Source of the DNA: Camelus dromedarius
Taxonomy: Eukaryota
Reading direction: 5' to 3'
Assembly (NCBI RefSeq): GCF_036321535.1
Contig: NC_087436.1
Span: 6,324,001 to 6,388,000, forward strand
DNA length: 64,000 bases
The notes under the pieces are model-generated. The model searched no databases and was not told where the DNA came from. It saw only the letters and a list, made by a program, of their open reading frames with translations. Positions within the stretch are counted from its first letter, which is position 1. The number at the start of each line of letters is the position of its first letter. Below, piece by piece: positions 1 to 13,460 of the stretch. Position numbers and translations under genes: made by a program.

Positions 1-461
1 CCCATAACTGGCCTTAGTTTTATCCCAAAGAGCCACATGGGAGCCCCACGGGTGTAAATTACTCATGTGCTATCCTGAAGTTCTTAGCGCCCTGTCTTTG
101 GTGAGGAATGGCACTGTTGTCACATCTGAATAAAAATATATAGACTTGGTCTTGCCAGTCCTCTTTGGTAGAAAATTCTAGATTCCTGCTAAGCAGGAAT
201 GCACTGCATAGAGCAAGCTTCAGTCAAATTGAGTTCAAATTCCAGCTTTACAAACTGTTAGCTATTTGAATGCATTCCTTCATCTTACATTGATTTTCTC
301 TGTCTTTGAATGAGGGTTAATTATGATTCATAGTAGTTGTAAGAATGATAAAAGATGTGCAAAGTGTTTGGCATATAGGTGTTCAATAAATTGTGGCCAT
401 CCTGTAATATCTCCATGATCTTCCTAAGCACTAATTTCCTTCAGTCAGTTTGAACCACTGA

Positions 462-647
<186 letters not shown>

Positions 648-2552
648 TGATCAAAATAAATATGATTCATAATACAAGGAAACAGCACAAAGAGTAATTC
701 TAAATAATCCCTAGTCACAGACACTAGAATTTAAAAATTTAGCTTCTTTCATAAATATTTTTGGTACATTTGACTCTTTCCTTTTAATGATTTTTTTCTT
801 GGTTCCTGGTAGAAAATTGTCATAACAAAATTATTATTGTATATTATATATGTTATTATATAAAATTATTATAGCAAAAATGTTTTACTTGCTCTCTGTC
901 TGTTCAAGCATAACTCATATATTAATCTAAGTGCTCTGACCTTTCTTTCTCCAGCATGTTGATCAGAAAATATTTATTAAATAGTCATCTCTACTAATAC
1001 CATTTTTAGGACGTGTTCTCAAAAGCAGACAAACGCAGACACATTATCGTTTCAGAAGCACAGGCAGAAAGACCAAAGCAAACAGTCATCTTCTCTCTGT
1101 TGCCTGAAATTATATAACTAGAGTTTGTGCTTTTGCTTGCCAATCAGGAGTGTGTCTTCTCTGTTAATATAAACACACCCCAGGAGAGCTTTCTTCTCTT
1201 CAGCAAACAGAATCCCAAGTATCAGGGATCTCTAGAGGTACCTTGATTAAAAGCAAATACATTTTAAAATGTTAAAAATGTACTGGGTACCCAATTCATT
1301 TGAAGTAGGTACAGAATTGAGTGATTTAATGATGTTCATGAGTTGGAGGACAAACTTTTCAGTTTCCGTTGGAATTTCCATTCCTGTACCTCACTTATAC
1401 CTTAGTACGATTCTGATGATCACGTCTAATGGGAGAGGGAGCGGAGGAAGCAGCCATTCACCCTGCAGGTCCTGACACCCACCGTAGTACTTACATCCCC
1501 CAAGCAGGTTCCACTGGGAGTCAGTGGAGGAGGGTCTAATTTGAGAAGCCTTGCAAATGCAGATGCCGTAGGTCACGGTAACTGACTGGGTGTGGGCGGC
1601 GGAGGAAAGGGAGGAGCCATCGGGGTTGCAGGGATCTTATCACAGGTGGTTGGGAGAGTGGTGGCGCCACTGACACGTATGAGGGAAAGAATGTGTCTCA
1701 AAGGGAAAATGATGAGTTCATCTTGGGACCTTTTGAGCTTGAAGTTCCCGGTGTTCCCACAAGTAAGGGACATCTGGTTGGAAATCTCTTATTGGCCCCA
1801 GAACTCTGGAGACGGTCCAGGCTAGCTCTGGGAGTATGTGTCTCCAGCTGATTGCTGAAATCATGGAATGAGTCAAGTGCTCAAAGAAGAATATAGCAAG
1901 AGGAAGAATGTGTTCTAGGGAAAGTATTTAAACAGCACCTACATCCAGATGGTCTGATGAGAAGGAGCTAAAGAAAGAGAAAAACAGGAGGGAATTCAGA
2001 TAGGAAGGCATCTTGGAAGCCAAGAGAGGAAACCTTCCAAGAGGAGATTGCAAGTCTGAGGCCAGTCAGCTGAGAGGTTAAGAACTGAAGAAACCGACCA
2101 TGAGTTTGGCCCTGAGTGACCCTCAAGAACACAAAGCAGTGGGTTCTGGACTCCAGAAAACAAGGCAGTGAGCACGGGAGAGCGAAGTTGGGGGTCATAT
2201 TGGGCCAAGGACCCCGCCAGTGGTGGGCCCTGGTTCAAGTCTAAGCGGATGGTCACAACTAATTTTATCATTGACCGGCTTCTGCAAAAAGCCATAAAAC
2301 AGAGCCCCATGTGAAGGATGGAGAACACAGGTGCAGTTAGGGAAAGAGCTAACTCCACATTTTCTTTTCAGGATTTTGCCCTAAGCCTGGTTCTCTCAGC
2401 AATCACAGTCGTGAGCTCCATGCCAGAAAACACGGCTATTTTATTTGAAAAATGAGGGATTGTGCTTTACTAAGTTTGTCCAAATCCCAAAAGCTCTCAC
2501 TGAAGTTAAAATAAAAATTAATTCAATTTGTAAATGTATTTTCTGTAGTTGA

Positions 2553-2687
<135 letters not shown>

Positions 2688-3139
2688 TAACACAAGGAAA
2701 CTGTTTCCCTGCATCCCCACCCTCTGTAAGGCGAGTGCTAGGTCCCGGCTCACTGAGCGGAGCCGCACAGGGCTCTCCCCGCTCCCAGAGATTCCATCTC
2801 CTCCCAGAGACACGCACATCAAACGTGCTGCCTTAAGGTCTAAGGAAGTGATCTCGCCATCTGACCAAGGAAAGGTAAAGAATCCTCTCTAGCAGAAGTA
2901 GGGACAGAGAAAGGGCACTGGTGACGCATTCTCCCCTTCCATTGGGTGACAATTTGCCAGGCACGTGAAATGCACAATTCTCATCCCGTTTTCCCAAACA
3001 TACGAGGTGAGCACTATCCTGGAAGAGAGCTGATACACGCAGGGGTTGGGGAACCTGGGAGAGTCACAGAGCTCATAAGCCAGGCTCAAACCCAGATCTT
3101 CTGGTGCTAAAGCTCATATTCGTCCCTCCAGGGTCTGGG

Positions 3140-3275
3140 CCGGGGTCAACAAACAGAACACACCCGTTGAAGTAGTGTCTGTGGCTGAGCTGAGTAGTTG
3201 CGAGAGGCCACCCGGCCCCCAACGCGTAAACTCTTCACTCCCTGGCCCTTTAAGGGAAAGTTTGCCAACCCCCAG
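3140..3275. mobile_element. MER58-like hAT-Charlie remnant
   Basis: ggggtcaacaaac ... ggccctttaagggaaagtttgccaacccc inverted ends. Confidence 0.55.
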
Positions 3276-3949
3276 CTCTAGAGCTGAGCTGTCCTGTAGA
3301 GTTTGTGGCAGCCACGTGTGGCCACGTCTGTTGAAATTTAAACGAATTGAAATGTGATCAAGTGAAACAGTCAGTTCCTCAGCTGTACTGGCCACATTTC
3401 AGGGGCTCGATAGCCTTGTCCGGCCGGAAGCCACCCCAGTGGCCAGTGCAGCTGTGGAGCAGCCCCACCGGCAGGGAGAGTCCGGGTGGACGCCTCCGCC
3501 CTCCGTCAGCGTTCAGATTCACGTTCGAGTTGAGTCTGGACCAATGAGTAGAAGGAGGCTCTTCCTCTGAGGTTAATTTTTGGGCTCCACTTCCCACCCA
3601 AAGCCCTGCAACAACCTCCATTATAACAAAGCGAACTAACCTCCAACACATTCTTTCCTGTCCTTCCCTCATTCCCACGCTGCTGTCAACAAGTTCTTTT
3701 TTCTTCTTCTTACTTCCTTTTCTATTGCCCCTGGATGCTTCCCAGGGATTGTCGGTAACGACCACCACAACATCAAGGCATGAAAAAAGGAAAGAATTTA
3801 AAGTGATGCGAAAGAGTAAGGAATTTAACCAAGCTCCTAACGTCTATTTCAGATAATATACAAAATTGCAACCAGCCAATCAGCATTCAGCTGGCCACTT
3901 AGTCTGTTTTTCCTTCCTTCTTCCTTAGTCTCATGACAAAAAGGACACT

Positions 3950-4300
<351 letters not shown>

Positions 4301-5810
4301 TAGCTCTTCTTCCCAACACTTAGAATGCTTCTTAGAGATCCTGATGTGTTTACAGTTTTCCACCCACGTCTCATACATCGACACGATTTTTTTCTCAGAG
4401 TTTTCGTTGATGCTGACAGACTTGGCCTCAGAGGGCAGAAGGTAGCAGCACTGGGGGTCGGGAGCCCCAACCTCATGGCTCAAAAGCTCTGAGACCCTGG
4501 GAAATCATTTAGCTCCTGTGAACCTCACTTTCATTATCTGTAGTACTTAGAAAGTCATCATCTATAGCTCCCAGGTCAGGATCAAATGGCCACTAAAGTA
4601 TGTTGCAAACAAGAAAATGCTCTGTAAGTCAAAGTTATTATGCTGGCTTCCTGATGCCCCAGAAAAGCCAGTACCCACTCGCTCTCCTTATTCCTCACGG
4701 ACACTCTGCTACTCAATTTCCAGTCTCCTGCCACCTTGCTCACCTCTTCTCAACCTGCTCAGATAACCACTCTCTCACCTGTGAAAACACACACGCATGT
4801 AAATACCTGTTTGGGGCTGGATCTGTGTCTAGCTGTACACGCTGTATGAGTGCGGAGGAGGATGACTTTGAACCTCTGTATGGCGGTGTTCAGTCAATAC
4901 AACGGCAGCAGAATTAGGTCACCTCCAGTTCAGTCCCCTGTCCTCTTTGGGCTTCATCTGTATTTCCCGTCCGTGCCTTGCGTAACGGACAGCCCTGCCG
5001 GCAAGGATTTTGGGGCTCATTTATTTTTCAGGGAGAGAACACGATGTTTCTCTTCCTCCGCGAGGATAGCTTTTCCCCAGCCACGTTCGCGAACAATCTC
5101 TTTGTCATTGAAGTGTTGCCTTAAGAGAGTGCTTCCAGGCCAATTGGAGAAGAAATAACATAGATTATTCTAAAATAGCAGATTTCTTGACATTTGGGGT
5201 GAGAGGCAATTTTGTATATTTTGGACGATTCATGGAGCCTTCTAGCTTCAGTTAGCTCTCTCAAAATCAATTTCTTTACACCCCAGAATTGTAATGGAGA
5301 GCACCCTAGTTTTGACTTAATGGTAATTTAAGGCCCTTTTACTCAGTCCATCAGGCATTGTTTTTCTCCATATTTCTTTCTCCTCAAGAAAGTGTGCAGT
5401 CTCGAAAATTACAAATTCTTTGTGTTCTACCACATTTATTTGTGTGACCTTGGGCAAACCACTTAATTTCTCTAAATCTGGTTTTCTTCATCTGGGGTTG
5501 AAGTGAGGATATTAATTGCATCAGCCTCCTATGATTTTTTGAGCAATAAATGAAATAAAACTGTGTTCAGTGCTACGTACAGGGCTGGCTGCATGGCCGA
5601 TGCCCTGCATGTGGGGTCATTTTAAGCAGAACAGGCGCTCTTTTTATTAATAATTGTTTCATGTTCACCTGCTGTCCCCTGCTGTCCAGCTCTGCAGGGA
5701 GCAGTCAGCACCCCTGGGGAGTCACCCCACTTGGTCTGGAGCTCGGTCCAGGGCAGGGAGACGCAGTGGTCTCTCCCTGGGGAGCATCCTGGCTGCCGTG
5801 TGTGTTTCAT

Positions 5811-6131
5811 TGTTGACCTGAAACAAATAGCAAAATGGGTTGGTTCAGGATCAACAGAGAGTTGCAATGTGGGGGTCTAAACATGGTGAGCCAGTGCAAG
5901 CCCCCTCCACAGGGCAAGGGAAGGAGAATGCTTTTATAGACAAGGAAAAGAAGTCAGGAGGGCTGTCTTAGACAAAGGGTCCGTGACTTTTCACGGGCTG
6001 AGTCCTTGCCAGGACAGAAGAGAGGGGCCTTTCTTCTTGCCGTTGGGCTCTGCGATCATCACAAGGCATGTGAGCTCCCCCTTCTGGTCTCCCGACTATG
6101 TAATTGAGGTTTCTGTTCATTCATTTTTCAC
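5811..6131 (-). mobile_element. Probable solo LTR
   Basis: TGTTGA...TTTCA ends and minus-strand TATAAAA near 5935; TSD not clear. Confidence 0.55.
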
Positions 6132-7164
6132 TCTTTCCTGGAACCTTTCATTTCATTATTTTAACTCAGTTAAATCAGTTTGTTCTGAAGGGAACTCATT
6201 GAAATGGCTTGCAGTTTTCGTGATCAGTGTTAGGAAACTTGGAGTGTGGTTACGTTGGTTTAGGATGTTGCTTCTCTTTTTAAAATTGAAATGACTCTTC
6301 TCCCATACAGTGATTTGTAAAGGGCAGCTTAGACCATGTCCAGCCTTCCATTTTCCCCGTGGTATGTCTTGGGTAAGCATCAATCAGTCTCCACGTCCAA
6401 GACCGCTCCAGGTACCTTAAACAGCAGAGGATCTAATACAGGGAAGTGCTGACAAGTGTTATCAGGCTCAGTGGAGCGAAGGAAGGGAGGTGGCATCACT
6501 GGGAGCCCTGAAGCCCCACCCCAGCTGGCGATGGGGGACAGACGCCTCTGCCCTGAGCTACCACTGCCCCGGGAGCCACCACCAAGGCAGGACAGCGCCC
6601 CCACCCCTGCCTTGTTCATGTGCCTCCCCCAGCAAAACCCAGATGCAAGTACAGTTTGGGAGAATGTCGTTTTCAGTCTTCTAGGCCCCATGGTTCAGGG
6701 TGGAGGTGGCGCTGACACCAAGAAACAAAGTCCAGGACACTCTCTTAGATGCTCTTCTGAAGATCCAGGAGTCGGAGTTCACAGAAAGGCAGGTTCACTC
6801 CCCAACTAAACAAAAATGCTTCGGGTTACTCTTGAACCTGCTCTCCATTCTGCTCTCATCTCACCTGACACGCTGTCTCTGGAGAGCTGTGCCAGGAGGA
6901 AACCCAGGTCTCCATTTCTAGCCTTTTCCTATCTCAGAGCCACTGTGCTTACCTGTTACTACGGACCAGGCTACACATCTCAAGGGAGACGCCCCAGGGG
7001 AGGTGGCCCGCTGGGTCAGGCGCAGGGTCAGCGGTCCGCAAGCACCGGGACGTCGGTTCCTTGCTCTTTGCCTTCAGCATTTCCCAGTCAGAACTCCTGT
7101 TCTTATTTTAGCTTTCTCTGAAAACCTATTCCTCATGGACGGTATTAGCCACAGTGGTTCACAT

Positions 7165-7343
7165 TCAAAACGCAACAGTGAAAAGCTGAAAGGCTTTCTG
7201 CTAAGATCTGGAATAAGACAAGGATGCCCACTGTCACCACTTCTATTCAATACAGTATTGGCAGTCCTAGCCATAGCAATTAGACAAGAAAAAGAAATAC
7301 AAGGGATCCACATTGGAAAAGAAGAGGTAAAACTATCATTATG
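7165..7343 (+). mobile_element. L1 ORF2 RT fragment in intron
   Basis: Translates [56 protein letters not shown]. Confidence 0.92.
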
Positions 7344-8022
7344 AGAGAGATGTTTAAGGACAAAAATTTGTTAGGCTAAGGATGTGTGTTTTTGTCTCAT
7401 AAACTATACTCTGGAGAACTTTCCATATCAGAGCATAGAGGGTGTCCTCATTCCTTTTTAACAGGTGTGTCATATTCCATAGTGTGACCTTGAAGGTTGG
7501 CTCACCTGAGTGTGGCTGTACCTGTATTACAGGGACCAGAGCAGGATTGGTCAGGTCATGGGTGGACATGCCTGTGGCTGTGGTATGTGGCCCCAGAGTC
7601 CCCTCCGTGGGGGTTGTACTCACACCAGTGGGGCCCGCCTCCTAGAGTTTGTCCAGCTGAGGATGTTGAGCTTTGGAGGGTTTTGTCAATCCAACAAGTG
7701 AGAAATATTATTTCAAGGGAGATTTTTTTGTTTGTATTTTTTACCATGTGATTACAGGATTAAGCAGGAAAAAAATAAATAAAAGAAAGATGGGGCCACT
7801 GAGTGAAACAAGAAAATCAAGGGAAAGAACTGATTTGGGGAGTAAGCTTTTGAGTTTAGCTTTTAACCAGTTGCAGTTAAGGATAACGAGAGATGTCAGA
7901 GAGAAGGCAGTGCTAGAAAAAAGGCAGGACCCTCAAAGAGGCAGTTCAGAAATAATCTCATTATCATTAGGACTGGATTTAAGCTGTTAAATTTCCCTTA
8001 AATATCAGGCAACTCGATATGA

Positions 8023-8172
<150 letters not shown>

Positions 8173-9964
8173 TGATCCGAAGCATGAAATTAAGACCAAA
8201 GGAAAATGCAGAAACTTGAACACGGATGAGAAGGTGGTGGGGAATTTTGTTTTTAATCGGGGCTCTCTGAAATATCTTAGTGTGTTTATTCCGGCGAGGT
8301 CTATGAAGTAACCAATCAGTAGTTCCACGATAAAGGTTCTCAACAAACACAGAGGTCTGTTTTTATTAACAGTAGATCTCTATTAGGGGATGGACATACA
8401 ACCCCATATTTTGGAATAACTTAAGGGGAGCCCTAAATGCTGATGAAGAATGTGAAAGTCAGTTTAGAAAAGAGGTGGAAGGCGGCTTTAAAGGATGCCC
8501 CGGGAGGGCAGGGGGCAGTGGACCAGAGGAAGTCAGTGAAAGGGTAAATCGAGTCATTTGAAAGTAGGAACTAGACTGGATTTTCTCCTATTTCTCTTTT
8601 CTGCCGTATCTGGTTCCACTCAAAGGCAAAGACAGGAAGTATGTAAGGAGTCACTGCTTTGACTTTGAAGAACCTAAATTAGTCTGGGAAGCAAATCGAA
8701 ATTAAGCAGGGACACCCTTGACCAGTGGCTCCAAGTACAAAAGCAACCTCGGAGCCAGCCCTCATCGCCGTGAGCCCAGACTCCGGTCCTTCCTTTGCCA
8801 GGTGTCTCTTCCACCTGCCATGGGACCAGGGCTACCCAGCTGCCCTCTAAACCTGGCGTCCCTGCCCCCCACCGAGGTATTGCTTCTCCAGAAGGTGCCG
8901 CATCTACTCCGTACTTCAAAATTCATCTTTTCTTCCCCACCCTTCTTCCGCAATCCAAAAGGTTCACAACTAAAGTGACTGCAACCTTAGTTCAATTGAC
9001 ACTACAGTTAGACAATAATTGGCTTAGATGTCAGAGGAAAGAGATGTATGAATCCACAGGTATCTGTAATCAGAGGATGGAGGAGTGAGGTGGGGGAAAG
9101 ATGTCTGGTGTTCCCTGCCGATTTGGGGGGTACAGATACTTCCTAACCAGCCACCCTTCACCCAAAGGGGGAAAGAAAGAAAATAAAGTAAATGCAGCTT
9201 GGGAAAAGCTACATCGTAGGCTAATTGCCTCAGATGTTTCCATCAAGATGGAAGGATGTAAGTAAACTAAGTCTAAAGATACATACACAGTCTCTGTTAG
9301 TGTGCGGCCATACGTTGCAAGGTCCCCGGGGTGGAAGAAAGCATTATTGCCAAAGGAAATCTTGACTTAGCAAGTGGGAGGAATTCAAATCTAGTTTCTT
9401 CTCTCCTACAAAAGTAGTGAGAGTATAACAGTGAGGAAGCTTCAGGTAAGAGACAGAGGATTCCATTCAATAGTAGAAATATTCTGAATTGGTTCCTAAT
9501 TTTTCCCGACTCCAGATATTAGCTAATCTTGAAACAAGGCTGGAAATGTTTTATCAACTAATTTACTTTAAAAAAAAAAGTCTGAATAAAAATATGCCTA
9601 TTGATCTTAAAAATTCCGTAGTAGAAAACTCTTAAGTTCTAATTTCTTTACAGATTATTAAAATATGCAAATAAATGCAAGCATTAATAACTTTTGTTAG
9701 TTTTGATAGGCATATCAAAATAGCCATATATTAAATTGTGAAAAAAATGCAAATGGAGAAGTTGTCAACTGCCAAACCATCCCGAGTGAAAGAGAGACTC
9801 AGAAACATTTGAGTCTAGAGGTGCCCACAGAGTCAGAATGCCGGGTAACGTGTTCATGTTTTAACGTGTGTTTGAGAGAGAAGTGAAAAACACTGAAAAG
9901 CTTTTCATCTCCAGGGTGATGATCAATTGATCTTTGTTCTGCTTTTTGCCAATGTTTTCACTAG

Positions 9965-10041
9965 GTGATTAACAAAATTCAAGATCCGGATCCTGATTAC
10001 TCCTGGGTGGATAAACTTTCTACAGCGCAACACCGCTTAGT
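9965..10041 (+). CDS. TMEM144: TMEM144 coding exon (77 nt)
   Basis: ttttcactAG/GTAAGA; VINKIQDPDPDYSWVDKLSTAQHRL(V). Confidence 0.93.
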
Positions 10042-10665
10042 GTAAGACGAGGTCCCGTTATCCTGTTTCATGGTCGGTTAAAGCCAGGATAACGGGAGTG
10101 AGGTTATATGCACCTGAGTTCACGGAGAAAATGGTAACACAGGCTTTGGCTTCTTACCTCCACAGTGGAGGGACTCTCTGGTCTCCGGCTGAGTTTTAAA
10201 GTTACAGAGGTCTTTGGTCTCAGGGCTTCAAGGAATTCCTAAGCTGCTGCAGTGTCTCTGGCCAATAAGCAGCTGGCAAAGGCAGTCTCGTTTTGCAAGA
10301 CTTTTGTGCCTAAAATGAAAGGGTAAAGTAAAGAAAAGAAAAAAAGCAAAATAAAGTAGCATAGAAGTGTTGATCACAGAGTACAATCACAATCGAATTA
10401 GGCAACGCACATCTCTGTTATGGCACGGCTTGGGAGGCCCGCTCTCCACTGGAAGTCCCTCCCCTCGTGGTTAAAGACAGTTTTATAATCCCAAGATGTT
10501 TATTTTCAAATACAGTAGACTATTTTGGGTCCATGTAGGCCCTAACCCCGCTCCCCTGCTGTCTCCATAAACACTGAAAGGGTGATGGTTAACAACAGCC
10601 CCTATATTTTAAGGGTTTAGGGGCTGGCAAGGAAATATTAGAATGTTTATATGTTTTATGTATGA

Positions 10666-11190
10666 TTCTGTTTTGAAAATAAGTTCACTTATGTCATTTT
10701 TTTAGATTCCACATGTGAGTGATATCATGGTATATTTCTTTCTCTGTCTGACTTCCTTCACTTAGAATGATAATCTTCAGGTCCATCCATGTTGCTGCAA
10801 ATGGCATTATTTCATTCCTTTTTATGGCAGAGTAGTATTCCATTGTATACATACACCACAGCTTCTTATTTACAAATGAACTTATTTACAAAATAGAAAC
10901 AGACTCACAAAGATAGAAAACAAACTTATGTTTACCAGAGGGGAAAGAGGGTGGGAAGGGATAAATTGGGAGCTGGGGATTTGCAGATACTAACTACTGT
11001 ATGTAAAATAAACAGCAAGGCCCTACTGTATAGCACAAGGAACTATATTCAATACCTTGTAATGGCCTATAATGAGAAAGAATATGAAAAAATATATATA
11101 TATGTACAACTGAATCACTATTTTGTACACCAGAAACTAACACATTGTAAACTGACTATATGTCAATAAAAAGAAAGCAAAAAAAAGCTG
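10666..11190 (+). mobile_element. 5'-inverted L1 3' end (antisense ~10666-10867 joined to sense ~10871-11190)
   Basis: Reverse-complement of ORF2 end, then forward 3'UTR with AATAAA and A-rich tail; possible TSD GTTTTATRTATGA at 10653-10665 and 11197-11209. Confidence 0.8.
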
Positions 11191-11339
11191 GAAAAAGTTT
11201 TATATATGAAATTGCTATATGTTTTATACAAGAAATATGAGTCTGTAATAGTATATAGCTTGCATTTTTCAATTGACAGCTGTTTTGTTATTTTGGGGGT
11301 AATTAGATTGATTTATTTATTGACTACGTATTTTGTTTG

Positions 11340-11475
11340 TGGGTTTTGTTTGTTTTTGGTTTTGTGGGGGGGGGTAATTAGGTTTATTTATTTAGTTACT
11401 TTAATGGAGGTACTGGGGATTGAACCCATGACCTTGTGCATGCTAAGCACGTGCTCTACCACTGAGCTACACCTT
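11340..11475 (-). mobile_element. tRNA-derived SINE (camelid type)
   Basis: ggaggtactggggattgaacccatgacc...ctctaccactgagctacacc is the reverse of an A-box/B-box tRNA head; T-rich tail with partial duplication to ~11280. Confidence 0.9.
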
Positions 11476-12610
11476 TACAGGGTGACACTTCAAGAACAGA
11501 AAGCTCTTCTTCGTTGGTATATACACTGACCTTACAGTGGGAAAGAGCACTGGGTGCATAATAAATGCTCAACAAATAGCTGAATAAATTGAATGAATGA
11601 AACAATGAACTAACACACGAGCTTTGGAAGAAATAAAGACGTTGCTAGTTTTGCTTTAGAATTAAGATCTTGCAAACAAAACGTTTTTTTCACCAAGCAT
11701 CCCCTTCGCTGAGGGAATATGTGCTAAGAAGAATGTTTTGAGCTGTCTCATTACCTGGGCCTAGTGTATTAATCTGGTCTGTGTTTGGGACCCTCCGTGA
11801 GGACCACGAGGTCCAGGCTTCACTGGGACGCAGGGGTTCCAGCGTGACCAGGGCTCACTGGCCCTGTGACACCCTACAGTCTCCTGTTCCTTAAAGCACT
11901 ACTAAACTAGACTTTAAGAATGTGTCTTTAAGCTTGGAAAGGAATGGTTTTTGCCTAAAAACTCTTTCCTGTTTCATGCCATGGTCCTTTGTATCAAGCT
12001 AAAAGGGACTGTCCCCAAATACGACTCACCTCCCCCCAGAATCATTGGAAATGCTGGCTTCATGCAGATGTAACCCAAGTCTGAGGGGTCAACACAACTC
12101 AAATGCTTAAAGCAAAACACTTCCTTCTTACAAAAAAGTAATGCTTTGCCTGAAATAGTCGAATCATTTTATGAAATCATCACTCCCTGTTGATCACGTC
12201 TAAGACGTAGACGAGTCCGTGGATCTCAGTGGTTGTTCTAAACAAACATGGGTTGAGTACTCGGTCTGTTCTAGCCCTGGGTTATTACTATAGGGTGTTT
12301 TAAAAAGGAGCGCAGGGCCCAGGGTCAGTCCACAAGTACTTCGTAATTTAATTAGAGATCCAGGTTGATTTACATCACCTGTATAATATGATGGCCGTAT
12401 TCTCCTCCTTGGATTGACAGTTTGCAATGATAACCCATTATCGTCTATAAATCAGGTCCTTCCACCCTTAGACGGTGGAGGGCTGGAGCTGCGTCCTAGC
12501 GCTGACGCCACCTGGACGGACACTGCAGGGCACCCCTGTGACTTCAGCTCATCACCGTGCTTGAAATAGATGCGCAATTGATTTCAAAACAGGACTCACC
12601 AGCCTCCTAG

Positions 12611-12871
<261 letters not shown>

Positions 12872-12944
12872 TAGACTCAGTACCTGGTCTTCTACTTAAG
12901 AATATGGAAAGAATGTGACTGTAGTCGATACTGGTACCTAGATT

Positions 12945-13460
12945 TGTCAGCAAAAGCTCAATTCACAACCAAGGTAAGAAGAAAAAGAGGGAATTTTATT
13001 TGCGCCAAACTGAGGATTATAATAACCTAGGAGACAGACTCTCGGAAGCGCTGAGGACTGTTCCACCTGTTAGCCATTGAAGGCAGAGTCACATACATTT
13101 TTGAGACAAAAGATCGTGCATCAAAGTGACATACTGATATTTTACATAAAGTTCACCAAAGATATAGAGTCCAGCTGAGCACATACAAAGCCAGCAGCCG
13201 GTCACCATGACCCCCCGCGGAGCTGGGGAAGGATGCTATTCTGGTAAGAAGTTACGTTGCTAGCGTCAGAAGAAAAGTAAATAAATCGGTCTCCACAGTC
13301 AGGTGGGCACTCCCATCTTTGAGGAGGCCTGGCTACCAGATACAGGTTCACACTGGACATTAGAGGTGGGGAGGAGGCCCACACAGACCCAGAGGGCTAC
13401 GTTCATGTTTAAATGTCCTTGTCCTGCCTTAAAATAGACATTTATTTTATTTATTCATCA
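12945..13460 (-). mobile_element. ERV1-class solo LTR, antisense in a TMEM144 intron
   Basis: TG...CA termini, exact 4-bp TSD GATT (12941-12944, 13461-13464), minus-strand AATAAA near 12995. Confidence 0.85.
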
